From: a virus
Taxonomy: Duplodnaviria > Caudoviricetes
IMG/VR virus record: IMGVR_UViG_3300036796_000270
Location: 1-40,951 of that record
Direction: 5' to 3' (one strand)
Length of the DNA: 40,951 nucleotides
The position numbers were made by a program, and so were the translations under genes. The notes beneath the pieces are model-generated. The model saw only the letters and a program-made list of their open reading frames with translations. It was not told the origin of the DNA and searched no databases. Positions 19,142-28,515 of this stretch are shown in pieces (within the stretch, counting starts at the first letter, position 1; every line of letters starts with the position of its first letter).

Positions 19142-19825
19142 TTATTTTCCTTTTGTCGGATTAAAGTCGGTGATGCTCTTGAGCAGAGCGCTGATATCGG
19201 GTTTGTTGGGATCGCCTTCAGACTCACTCCGAATGGCTGATTTGAAACGGGCTATCAGCCCTACTGCCTGTGACTTGCTTAGTCCGACTGAATCCCTCAG
19301 CCAGCTCTCCACGTCACGGATGGTTTCAATCCCGTCGATACTTTTCATCGAATCCACACCAGCCAGTTCGTTCGCCGGGAAAGTGCAGACACTGATTTCT
19401 TTCAGCCAGGAAATGTTTTTGAAGATCCGCCCGCCATTGTTGGGCGAAATGCTGTAGTCATCTTTCGTTACGGCAAAGCCGACGGACATACCATCAACTG
19501 TGCCATGTCGCATAGCCGCCTTCAGGTCATTGGCACCGCTGTGACCCGGGGTTAGCTGGCCTCGAACAAGAAGCCCTTTACTGTCTTCCTGAATGCTGTC
19601 CCACTTTCCTACCGGAATTTCCCACTGCCGATGATTGAAAAACATCGCGACTTTACGGCTTTGTGTTTCCAGCGTTTTCTTGAATGCACCGGGCAAAATA
19701 ATGTCGCCGTCGGAATCGGTATTACCGAAAACTGAGGCATATCCTTCAAAGATGCCCTGCTGGCCATCCCCGGCAAATTTGATTTCAGTTTCTTCAAACG
19801 ACAGCGTTTTGATGATGTCAGGCAT
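19142..19825 (-). CDS. Prohead protease, HK97 family
   Basis: FEGYASVF, FFNH, GMSVGF and EISVCTFPAN motifs. Confidence 0.95.
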   Translation of the reverse strand: MPDIIKTLSFEETEIKFAGDGQQGIFEGYASVFGNTDSDGDIILPGAFKKTLETQSRKVAMFFNHRQWEIPVGKWDSIQEDSKGLLVRGQLTPGHSGANDLKAAMRHGTVDGMSVGFAVTKDDYSISPNNGGRIFKNISWLKEISVCTFPANELAGVDSMKSIDGIETIRDVESWLRDSVGLSKSQAVGLIARFKSAIRSESEGDPNKPDISALLKSITDFNPTKGK

Positions 19826-19842
19826 CATGGCCCCCATAAAAA

Positions 19843-21120
19843 TTAAGCCCCGTCATTTCTGCGGGGCTCTTTGTTGTTGCCGAGATCGGTTATTGGTACG
19901 TATTGCGCCTGTCGCATCGCGACGTCACCACCTGGAAGTGGTGGATAATTATCAAGTCGCCGCATTTCATTTATGGTTCGCAGACCAGCTTCCCCCATAG
20001 CCTTCATGAAAGCAGCACGCGATGCTGAGTCGCCGCGAAGAAGCCCATCAAGATTATGCTCAGCATGATAAACACCAACCTGCTCTGGCTTCAGTAACCA
20101 GCGCTGAATGCCATTCTCCCAACGGGATATATACGGCTGCAGGGTGTACTGCAGAAATCCCAGGTTTTGTTGCTCAATACCTGATCCCCAGCTGGTACTC
20201 TTCTCCACATCCCCTACCAGATGTGGAGGAACGCCGAAGAACCGCGCCAGTTCACTTACCTGAAATTTTCTGGAAGCCATCGTCTCGGCATCCTGCGGGC
20301 TGACGCCAATATCATGAGCCTGGAAGTTCGCTTCCAGGATCCAGAGGCGTTTTTTCACCGGGCCGCCAGCAATCTCCTTGAAGTTCTCTTCCAGCTGCGC
20401 GCGCTGTTCTTTGGTCAGCACGCGATCGCCTGTCGTCAGAATTTTGGGGGATTTGGCGCCGTTGGCGTAAAACTCTCGCTGCTGGTCTTCCATTGCCACC
20501 GCAACGCCCGCTGATTTACAGGCATGTGCAATAGGAGATAGACCGGTCAGGCCATTAAAGCCGAAGCCTTTCAAATGGAAAATTTCACGTTGTGAGAAAT
20601 TGGCGTATTCATTGTCACGCTGGTAACGATAAACAATGCGCTTTCCTTCAAGTCGGACATCCATATTGGCAGACATCAGCGGCAGGAGGCTGACCACATC
20701 ACTTACGCTATTTCGCTCAACCAGGGCGTAAGCATTGCCGTAGAAACACAGCTGCATCGTCATGGCTTCACGGAACTCCTGCGCCGTCATGTACTGATTT
20801 GGCGAGTAGCGCAGCAGGCGGGCCAGCGGATTGTTCAGGCCAACCTTTTTACGGTTATCCTCTTTATCTGTTTCGAACACGTCTAGGGGTAGACAGGCGG
20901 TCAGCGTGGAAATCAGAGAAACACATCGCCAGACGGTCGATATCTGCAGGATGCGTTCATCTGTAATTTGTGAATCGCCCAGGGTGCCGCTGGCTGAAAC
21001 AGGTCCGGTCTGTGAACCCTGTTCAGGTGTTACCAGCCGTCCACCAACGAACCACGAAGCTACCCGGGCCCACCAGCCGTTATTTGTGCGCAGATCAATG
21101 CTGTAATTTGAATCGTCCAT
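19843..21120 (-). CDS. Portal protein, HK97 family
   Basis: GNAY, GLSPI, ARFFGVPPHLVG and TINEMR motifs. Confidence 0.96.
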   Translation of the reverse strand: MDDSNYSIDLRTNNGWWARVASWFVGGRLVTPEQGSQTGPVSASGTLGDSQITDERILQISTVWRCVSLISTLTACLPLDVFETDKEDNRKKVGLNNPLARLLRYSPNQYMTAQEFREAMTMQLCFYGNAYALVERNSVSDVVSLLPLMSANMDVRLEGKRIVYRYQRDNEYANFSQREIFHLKGFGFNGLTGLSPIAHACKSAGVAVAMEDQQREFYANGAKSPKILTTGDRVLTKEQRAQLEENFKEIAGGPVKKRLWILEANFQAHDIGVSPQDAETMASRKFQVSELARFFGVPPHLVGDVEKSTSWGSGIEQQNLGFLQYTLQPYISRWENGIQRWLLKPEQVGVYHAEHNLDGLLRGDSASRAAFMKAMGEAGLRTINEMRRLDNYPPLPGGDVAMRQAQYVPITDLGNNKEPRRNDGA

Positions 21121-22859
21121 CACATGCTCAACGGTTGTGAGAAGAAATCGTCAATATCACCTTCGTCAGTGACATCACCTTCAGATGCGCCTATTGCCAT
21201 AGCTGAAGCCACCACGCCATCGATACGGCCGGTGCTTTTCTTCTTGGCAAAGATGCGGTTTTCCTTCTGGTCCGCCTCAGTCACGGCGGATGCTGCATTC
21301 CAGCGCAGACAGGGATTGGTTTTTATGATGATGTCGCTGTCGTCAAGCCGCTGTTCGAAAAGCTCGATAGAGTGCGGCATCCACAACCCTGACTCCTGTG
21401 CTTTGTAATAACCCTGACCGTGGGGGATTAAAGGGACCGATACACTGGCCTCTTCGAGCTCAGGTTCAAGGTACTTAATGCGGTACTGGTCAAAGGCGAT
21501 CGCTTTGATAAAAAACATCTGGGAAAGGTCGGCTATACGCTCGGCAACAAATCCATACTTCACCGCTTTGCCTGGCGTGGTGTGGATGTACCCGTCGCGC
21601 TCCCAGGCGTCATAAGGCACCCTATCCGTTTTTGCACGATCCAAAAGTGTTTCTTTTGGGGTCCAAAACTCCACCAGAAGCTTTCTTTTTTTCGGGAAAA
21701 ACAGCGCAAGGGCGGTAAGGTCCCTGCTTCCTGAAAGATCAAGGCCACCGAAGCATTCTTCACCCTGCAGCTCATGGAGATCGAAATCCTCTTCGCACCC
21801 CATCCATACATCGCTGCTCATCCATGGGTTATCAGCATCAACCCACTGGCAGAAGTTGAGGCGGCGAACGATGCTCTCTTTCGACGGCATGCCGCGCGCC
21901 TGGGTGACCTGTTCCCTCAAATAACGGTCTGTGAAGGTGTGACCAAGCGACGGATTAGCTTTCTTCCAGCAGGATTCGTCCTTGAACGGGTCCTCACCCT
22001 CATCAAGCGAACAGATGAATGAAAAGAAGCTGTCATCCTCAATAGATCCTTCAGCAACTTTTCGCCCGTATTCGTGATAGTCATAACAGACGCTGGTTTT
22101 GTCGTGGCCGCTGTTGGTGATCATGAAAATCAACGCCTGCCGACGGCCTTTCGTGCCAGCACGCATCATTTCAACGACCTGATTGTTTTTGTGTTCGTGG
22201 ATCTCGTCAATCAGGGCACAATGCGGGCGCGGTCCTGACTGCCCGTCGTCAGAGCTGATGGGTCTGAAGAAAGATCCCGTTTGAAGAAAAGCAAGGTTCC
22301 ACTCTTTACCGGCACCACCAGATTTATTGATCCGCTGCGCCAGCGCCGGTGACTGGTCAACCATAGCCACCGCATCACGAAACAGGATCATGGCCTGGTC
22401 TTTTTTCGTGGCCGCAGCATACACTTCAGCGCGGGGCTCTTTGTCGGCTACCAGGCAGTAAAGGGCTATTCCCGCTGCCAGCGGTGACTTTCCGGAACCT
22501 TTACCGGATTCGACGTACACCATTCGAAATCGACGATAGTCATCCGAGTTTTTCCAGCCAAATATCGAACCCACGATAAAACATTGCCACGGTAGCAGAT
22601 TGAAGGGCTTTCCCTCATGCTCACCGCCGTTGAGCTTCAACACTTTGGCGAAAAAGTCGATAGCACGCTGCGCAGCTGCAGGATCCCACACCAGCCCGCG
22701 GGCATGGCAGGACTCCAAATCTTTGAGGTGACGTTTACAGGAATTTCGAATATCTGGACCGGCAATTTCCTTACCGGAATCCACATCCATCGCGTATCGC
22801 GTTGCTGGGTCAACCGAAGAACTGGTTGAGCGGGTCTTCTTCTTTTTCTCCACCATCAA
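21120..22859 (-). CDS. terL: Terminase large subunit
   Basis: Walker A GKGSGKS, Walker B LIDEIHE, nuclease GLDLS and RIDG motifs. Confidence 0.97.
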   Translation of the reverse strand: MMVEKKKKTRSTSSSVDPATRYAMDVDSGKEIAGPDIRNSCKRHLKDLESCHARGLVWDPAAAQRAIDFFAKVLKLNGGEHEGKPFNLLPWQCFIVGSIFGWKNSDDYRRFRMVYVESGKGSGKSPLAAGIALYCLVADKEPRAEVYAAATKKDQAMILFRDAVAMVDQSPALAQRINKSGGAGKEWNLAFLQTGSFFRPISSDDGQSGPRPHCALIDEIHEHKNNQVVEMMRAGTKGRRQALIFMITNSGHDKTSVCYDYHEYGRKVAEGSIEDDSFFSFICSLDEGEDPFKDESCWKKANPSLGHTFTDRYLREQVTQARGMPSKESIVRRLNFCQWVDADNPWMSSDVWMGCEEDFDLHELQGEECFGGLDLSGSRDLTALALFFPKKRKLLVEFWTPKETLLDRAKTDRVPYDAWERDGYIHTTPGKAVKYGFVAERIADLSQMFFIKAIAFDQYRIKYLEPELEEASVSVPLIPHGQGYYKAQESGLWMPHSIELFEQRLDDSDIIIKTNPCLRWNAASAVTEADQKENRIFAKKKSTGRIDGVVASAMAIGASEGDVTDEGDIDDFFSQPLSM

Positions 22860-23274
22860 CTTTCACCTTCGTTCTGGCGGCCGGAGTGAGACCGAATTCA
22901 ACCAGGTAGCTTTTATAACGGCGATCGGCATCTGCCAGCATGGCGACTGCCGGGTTCGCTTTGATCAGAAATCCGCCTTCTGTCTGCACGGTGTACGTTC
23001 GCCCCTCATCAGCGATTGTCAGTCGCAGCTGCAGAATGTCGGCGTAAATATCACAGAGACGTTCGAGCGCCAGCGTATCGGCGATGGTCAAAATCCCCAT
23101 ACCATCCAGCAGCACGGTTAATTTTCCCCATGCCACCTTTCCCCAGTCTGTGAGGTGCTCAGGAGGGCTTGGGATTTCTCGCGCCGGAGTGGGCTCTTTG
23201 TCGTTGAGTTTTCGTTTGCCCGGGTTACCGGTTACCACTTTCAGGTGGGTCGGTTTCGGGCGTCGGCCTGCCAT
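22810..23274 (-). CDS. terS: Terminase small subunit, P27 family
   Basis: GRRPKPT..GNPGKR, NPA and EFGLTPAAR motifs. Confidence 0.95.
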   Translation of the reverse strand: MAGRRPKPTHLKVVTGNPGKRKLNDKEPTPAREIPSPPEHLTDWGKVAWGKLTVLLDGMGILTIADTLALERLCDIYADILQLRLTIADEGRTYTVQTEGGFLIKANPAVAMLADADRRYKSYLVEFGLTPAARTKVKVDGGEKEEDPLNQFFG

Positions 23275-23399
23275 CGGAACCTCCCGGAAAAAAACTTTTC
23301 ATTTCGCGGTTATGCACAAAAAGCACGAGCGGCGGTCATTTGCGGTAGGGGGGTTGAACTTATACCCCTCCCCTCGGGGAGGGGGTCACATGAGAACAG
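23275..23399 (-). other. Probable cos packaging region
   Basis: Intergenic between HNH and terS, with a GC-rich GACCGCCGCTCG core; this is the usual position in HNH-dependent cos phages. Confidence 0.6.
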
Positions 23400-23744
23400 T
23401 TATCGTTTGAACCAATGCGATCTCGGGTCGAGGGGGATGCCGCTCTCGTCACAGCCAATGATAGAGCCTCTCTTCTCCATCCTCTGCTTCGTTGAGTCAT
23501 GATGCTGCTTACACAGTCCCTGCCAGTTACTACGGCTCCAGAAGAGTTTCTGAGCTTTGCTTATGGCAGCCGCATCACCAGAACGAAGCGCCTCTTTCAG
23601 TTTGTGAGGGGTTATATGATCAACTACCGTTGCTGCAGCCACCCTTCCCTGCTCCTGACACATCACACAGAGTGGATGGGCACGAAGGAAGACAAAGCGC
23701 TCTCTGTCCCATTTGCTGCCGTAAATACGTGGTTCTTTATTCAC
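23400..23744 (-). CDS. HNH endonuclease (terminase cofactor, HK97 gp74-like)
   Basis: PLCVMC, VVDHITPH, NWQGLC..HH..K; GTG start overlaps the upstream stop (GTGA). Confidence 0.93.
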   Translation of the reverse strand: MNKEPRIYGSKWDRERFVFLRAHPLCVMCQEQGRVAAATVVDHITPHKLKEALRSGDAAAISKAQKLFWSRSNWQGLCKQHHDSTKQRMEKRGSIIGCDESGIPLDPRSHWFKR

Positions 23745-24328
23745 GCCAACCTCCATGCTCTGCGCCGTTCTGTGCGTGGCGCTGAGTCAGGGTGACGCTC
23801 AACCGGTTCGCCGTCAGCATGGTCCACCAGCGAGTAGCATGGATAGACCACAGCACCGCCATAGGCATCACCCACGGCATAATCAGCAGGCTTGCTGCTG
23901 TGCCATCGAGACAGAACACGTTTGAGGTGTTGAGGCGGTATGCTGTAGCAGACACCGTGTATCATGCGCTGAAGCGTGATGAAATCAGCACGTGTCTTAT
24001 CTGCAGCAATCAGCCAGTCGGCTATCTCTTTCTGATACTGAGGTGGTCTGCCGGTACCGAGATAAAAGCTCAGCATGTCGTCAGGGAAACGCACCAGCCA
24101 GTCAGTTACCTTTTCGGTGAAACCATGCACCGGCAGCGCGTCGTCTTCCAGCACAACTACGCGGCAGGGTTGGCAGGCAGCCCACTCCAGCGCGCGGCGA
24201 TGGTTCCAGTTCGCGCCGTGTTCACCATCATCAATCAGCAGATGAGCATCCAGCATTTCAGCAAGACGTTGTGTATGCCCTATGCGAGTGTGATGGCCGA
24301 CCACCACAAACTTTACGTCTTCAGCCAC
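23741..24328 (-). CDS. Putative GT-A glycosyltransferase (GT25-like)
   Basis: G...NH..A, VVVLEDDA and SLVDH motifs; no TM segment or signal peptide. Confidence 0.75.
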   Translation of the reverse strand: MAEDVKFVVVGHHTRIGHTQRLAEMLDAHLLIDDGEHGANWNHRRALEWAACQPCRVVVLEDDALPVHGFTEKVTDWLVRFPDDMLSFYLGTGRPPQYQKEIADWLIAADKTRADFITLQRMIHGVCYSIPPQHLKRVLSRWHSSKPADYAVGDAYGGAVVYPCYSLVDHADGEPVERHPDSAPRTERRRAWRLA

Positions 24329-24344
24329 CAGCAAATCTCCAATT

Positions 24345-24368
24345 AAAAAAACCGCACAATGGCGGCTA
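24345..24368 (-). terminator. Intrinsic terminator upstream of the GT25-like gene
   Basis: CCGC-loop-GCGG hairpin followed by U7 on minus strand. Confidence 0.55.
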
Positions 24369-24439
24369 CTGTTCTTTTATCAGGATGTTTAGTAAGACTA
24401 TCCAGGTTACTCTTTTAAAACTTTTAAAGGAGCTAAACC

Positions 24440-24961
24440 ATGGATAAAACAAGAAAATACGATAGAGCATTGCAGCTTGAAATTCTCAATGCACTTATAG
24501 ATTGTGCTCCCAATACTTTGAACAGACCACAAGAGCAAGAACTCATTGAGAAGTTCGATAATTACGATCACTTCGTGGCCTGTATGCTTTACCTTGAAAT
24601 GCATGGCCTCGTTACCACGCCATTCGTACGCAGCGACACAATGGCTGGTGTGCATTTTATTTTCAATGCCCCGGTATGCTACATCACTGAGAAAGGTATA
24701 GATTTTTTGCTCGATGATGGTGGCTTAAGTGCCATTCTGAAAGTTCAAACTGTACGGCTGCATAACGACACTATAATTGCGCTTGAGGACATCATTCGTG
24801 TTGCAAATATCCCTGAAGATCAGAGGAAGGGATTGATTTCAAAACTTCGAGAGCTTCCGGCAGACGCCATAAAACATTTGACCCTACAGTTACTGACTCA
24901 GGGGGTTCTGAATCTACCGAACGCAATTCAACTAATTCAAAAAGCCCTCCAAAAGGGCTAA
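24440..24961 (+). CDS. Moron, hypothetical protein with winged-helix-like N-terminus
   Basis: AAGGAG RBS; LEIL..L, YLE.HGLV, ITEKGIDFL pattern; opposite strand to the late operon. Confidence 0.8.
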   Translation: MDKTRKYDRALQLEILNALIDCAPNTLNRPQEQELIEKFDNYDHFVACMLYLEMHGLVTTPFVRSDTMAGVHFIFNAPVCYITEKGIDFLLDDGGLSAILKVQTVRLHNDTIIALEDIIRVANIPEDQRKGLISKLRELPADAIKHLTLQLLTQGVLNLPNAIQLIQKALQKG

Positions 24962-25096
24962 ATTCATCTGAGGGGCGGATTAAATCAAATTTGCCCCATC
25001 CAAGCTTTTTACTGAGAGTTACCCAGAACGCTTGCCGCGTGTCGGCATGAATGTAAAAGCTATTTTTGTGCATTACAGCAGTAAAGATTTTCACAC

Positions 25097-26554
25097 TTAC
25101 TTGTGCTTCCACCACGCCACCTCCTTTCCTAAACCGTCTGTTTTGAAAATGGTGTGAATCTTAGGGCCGGTAATGATTCGATCACCGAATGACTTTGCGG
25201 CCATGCCGAACGAGCCCATATCCACCAGCGTTGTGGGTGCTGCCTCCATCTTCCAGAAGCGATGACTCTCTATGCGGTAGTAAAAGCGGATGATACGGTG
25301 CGCAAACTCCATTACGTCTTCACGGCTGCCGCCAAGTAGGCCAGCATTAAGCAGTGGTTCATCACGATGCTGCTCAATGAAATCGCTATATGCTTTGCCG
25401 TGGTGATTAGCCTTCATCCATTCATCGGCATACGTCTTGTGCTCAGAGCCAACGTAAATTTTACCCGGCTCCATTTCTGCCCAGGGCTCTCGCAACATTT
25501 CAACGTCAGTGCCGTCCGTACACCAGACAAGGTGATGCTCAGGGTGCGCACGCAGAAACTGATAGATGTGAAGCCAGCGAGCAAAATAGGGGCTCATATC
25601 CACCGGAGGGACTTCAAACAGTCCGGAACCGGTTGGCGACTCTTTTAATTCGTCAGCCAGGACAATCGGTAGCGCTCCAGATATTGAGTCTGCCCAAGCC
25701 TGAAGAGCCTGCGGGTAGGGTTTCATCTTCCCACCGCGCTGTGGGTCTGGCTGGCTCGTGAGCAGAGTCGTAATCACTAGATTTGGATTTTTGCTGTACG
25801 AGGCAAAGCCTGTATAACCGCTGTCGCGTCGAGCGTTGAAGATGCCAACGTTTCTTTTTACCAGCGCCTCTCGGTCAGGCCGTGGAATTGAGCGCGTGCC
25901 CTCTTCATGCTCATCCATTGAGTGAATCAGCTTTTCAGAGCCAACCACATCAGCGAAAGCCCAGGTCGATAACCCGGCATTATGAATGCGTAGCGCCAGA
26001 TCGGGATGCTCGTACATGCCGCGACCGTATACCGGATCGAACCCGCCAACCTTCTCGATGGCGCTGCGGTGGTAATACAGCATCACGCCACGCTGCCCGG
26101 TGTAAGCGATATGTTTATCATCCCGGTACAGAACCGCCATATCGTTTAGCTTATTCCGGCCAGCCAGATCGAGAAACTGATACGCCAGGTGTGGCTCTGG
26201 TGATTCGATGTAGGGGAGATGCCAGTTATCGGCGATTGGCCATGCATCATCATCCCATAAAAAAAGATGCTCGCACCCGGCATCAATCAAGGCTGAGAGG
26301 CTGGCGTTCTTCGAATCAACAATACCGCGTGATTGATCATGACAAATAAGCTTTACGTTATCCGGTACAACTACAGCAGGCTTTGAGCTATCATCTATAA
26401 CTACCACTACCGCTCCTACGGGCAGATACTTAATGTGTTGCTCAAGAGCCTGATTGAGAAACTGCTGTCTGTTATGAGTCGTTATGGCAACGCCTACAGT
26501 TGACTTAAAACTGTGAGCTGGAGCATATATATTTCCATTAATCATTACTTCCAT
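25097..26554 (-). CDS. Two-domain glycosyltransferase (GT2-like plus second GT-A domain)
   Basis: ITTHNR, VVIDDSS, LFLWDDD, VGGFD..Y....EH.D; C-domain VWCTDGTDV and LNAG. Confidence 0.88.
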   Translation of the reverse strand: MEVMINGNIYAPAHSFKSTVGVAITTHNRQQFLNQALEQHIKYLPVGAVVVVIDDSSKPAVVVPDNVKLICHDQSRGIVDSKNASLSALIDAGCEHLFLWDDDAWPIADNWHLPYIESPEPHLAYQFLDLAGRNKLNDMAVLYRDDKHIAYTGQRGVMLYYHRSAIEKVGGFDPVYGRGMYEHPDLALRIHNAGLSTWAFADVVGSEKLIHSMDEHEEGTRSIPRPDREALVKRNVGIFNARRDSGYTGFASYSKNPNLVITTLLTSQPDPQRGGKMKPYPQALQAWADSISGALPIVLADELKESPTGSGLFEVPPVDMSPYFARWLHIYQFLRAHPEHHLVWCTDGTDVEMLREPWAEMEPGKIYVGSEHKTYADEWMKANHHGKAYSDFIEQHRDEPLLNAGLLGGSREDVMEFAHRIIRFYYRIESHRFWKMEAAPTTLVDMGSFGMAAKSFGDRIITGPKIHTIFKTDGLGKEVAWWKHK

Positions 26555-26630
26555 AATCACTCCAATGTTATAACAAAGAGGGGGTTAGCCCCGCACAGCC
26601 TATTTATTTCACATCAAAATGGAGTTAAAA

Positions 26631-27065
26631 ATGAATTATTTACAAGAAGCATTTTCGAAAAGGCTCGATAAATATAAACAAAACTTAAATAATAAGAGCG
26701 CCTATATCAAAAAAGGAGTAATTGAGCATTGTAATCACGAAAAAATAGTTGATTTTGTGAAAATCACACAGGAAAAAGACAATAGCCTCACCATATCATT
26801 CCCAGATCTCAAACTAAAATTCACAAGCCAAGATAAATTTGCTTTTAATGACAGCTTAGATATAGGGTTCCAGACTTCTTTTTATCATGATGAAGAATTC
26901 ATACTCTCAATGACCATCACTCAAACAGGAAATGTAAAATTTATAGGCGACTTTGAAGAAAAGTATCCCGCGCTAAATCATGATGAATTCCAAATCCCTT
27001 TGATATTACTTCATGGCTTACTATCTGTAGCGCATCGTAACGGGACCATCTTACTGCTCGAATAA
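26631..27065 (+). CDS. AT-rich moron, hypothetical protein
   Basis: 144-aa ORF with GGAG RBS, opposite strand to the late operon. Confidence 0.75.
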   Translation: MNYLQEAFSKRLDKYKQNLNNKSAYIKKGVIEHCNHEKIVDFVKITQEKDNSLTISFPDLKLKFTSQDKFAFNDSLDIGFQTSFYHDEEFILSMTITQTGNVKFIGDFEEKYPALNHDEFQIPLILLHGLLSVAHRNGTILLLE

Positions 27066-27254
27066 AAGCTTGCAGTAGGCAAGCACAGGGTGTATAGCGA
27101 TTTATTATCCCCTTCCGGGGATATTATTGTAGGTATCCTCTTTAAAGTATATTGCCATTACAATGAGTTCACCTACGGTGATGGCAATAAAAAGCCACCA
27201 ACAGATACCAGTGGCTTTCGGTAATTATTCAAAAAAATCAATATCAGTCAGATT

Positions 27255-27764
27255 TCATTGGTTATAAAGATGAATCGCACATTGCTTGAGCTGATCTCTG
27301 GATATTTTTCCAGTCATATAATCATTGTGCATTGTTACCGTAAAGGTTTTCCAGTCCTTGTCGTAGGTGCGATGAAAAACCTCAAAATGTTCAATACTAA
27401 GTTGTAAATGCACGTCGAGCTTTTTCCAGCATCTAATGCATTCGTACATTAACTTTGCGACTTCATCCAAATGAGGCTTGTCAGACGTTATTTTATAATC
27501 AATATAGTCTGGCAGATAAGATAGCCCTGAGGCATAGGAAACCAAGGAAGAAACCCACTCTGCTTTTGATGTATAAATCTGTTGCTCTTTCCACGAGTGA
27601 AGCCCCTTTCTAGCAACGAGTAACGCCTTAAGCGTTACGACTGCTGATAGCAGACCCACTGCGGCCGCGGCAAATGTTGCCACCATGATCCAAAAAGTAA
27701 AATCCGCTGTACTCTGTGATGCAAGCATGGATTCATGAGCTATAAAATCTGCGTCCAAATGCAC
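27255..27764 (-). CDS. Hypothetical protein with N-terminal TM helix
   Basis: GGAG RBS; hydrophobic FWIMVATFAAAAVGLLSAVVTL followed by a helical domain. Confidence 0.75.
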   Translation of the reverse strand: MHLDADFIAHESMLASQSTADFTFWIMVATFAAAAVGLLSAVVTLKALLVARKGLHSWKEQQIYTSKAEWVSSLVSYASGLSYLPDYIDYKITSDKPHLDEVAKLMYECIRCWKKLDVHLQLSIEHFEVFHRTYDKDWKTFTVTMHNDYMTGKISRDQLKQCAIHLYNQ

Positions 27765-27871
27765 TTTATTTCTCCCATCATTTAAGTGAGGAGATTTTAC
27801 ATCTAAGTAAGTTTATGCGCACCTGCAAGCAGGCAGATAATTACAGCGTTCCTATGATGAACTTTGGAATG

Positions 27872-28075
27872 ACTGCCACTTCCCGGAGTGGCCACGCTCA
27901 TGCCCTTGAGGTGCTGTCGCTCTTTCGCCGCTGATAACCGGTGCGCGTATGGCGTTCGCGCTGCTCTACCGGAGCTTGTTTTGATCTATAAACCCTCACC
28001 CATCACTTCACAGGCTCGCCATTACGCGACTCGGGGCAGCATCATGACTGCTGCATTGCCTTTAGGCTGTGGTCA
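27872..28075 (-). ncRNA. Putative multi-stem structured RNA
   Basis: GC-rich island in AT-rich DNA with several hairpins and no convincing ORF; strand inferred from the late operon. Confidence 0.4.
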
Positions 28076-28258
28076 ACCCGTTTTACTGTTTCATTGTCTC
28101 TAGTCACCAAGTCATTGCATCTATATAAGGAAATTCTTAATTCCCACGCTTACGCTTGTTGTTAAGCACGCGGGTGCCAAGCTATTAGTGACTCAGATGC
28201 GGAGAATGCCAACTCCGGGGAAACATCAATAAAAAGAGCAGCAAACTGAGACTCCTAT

Positions 28259-28316
28259 AGCCCTCCTCACGAGGGCTTTTTTTTCAAAAAAAAAGCCAGT
28301 TCGGACAGAACTGGCT
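28259..28316. terminator. Back-to-back convergent terminators
   Basis: AGCCCTC/GAGGGCT plus T run on +; GCCAGTTC/GAACTGGC plus U run on -. Confidence 0.8.
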
Positions 28317-28515
28317 GGGTCTAGCAGTAATTAGGTAGTACTTCACACTTAGTTCGACGTGTACCCTATTCCTTTAGTCAAGCATTCAGATGCCGGGTGC
28401 CTCCCGGTGGACTTGCATCACTTCGCAAACCCGCAACACTACGTCCAGCAGTGACTGGTTGCCCCTCCGCGCAGGGGGATTCATCTAAATGACAGAGATA
28501 TCGAATCAATCGTGT
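28285..28515 (-). ncRNA. Putative structured ncRNA, copy B
   Basis: Same 5' and 3' blocks as copy A, upstream TACATT -10-like hexamer, downstream terminator. Confidence 0.6.

Noticed and set aside
23390-23408. Fur-box-like sequence near cos
   Set aside because: Several mismatches, overlaps the HNH stop, and no promoter is evident
5866-23955. Many alternative-frame and antisense ORFs over structural genes
   Set aside because: Shadows of well-supported genes, with no recognisable motifs
23741-26554. Glycosyltransferases as an O-antigen conversion (gtrABC) cassette
   Set aside because: No flippase or polytopic membrane transferase, no TM segments, and located in the late operon
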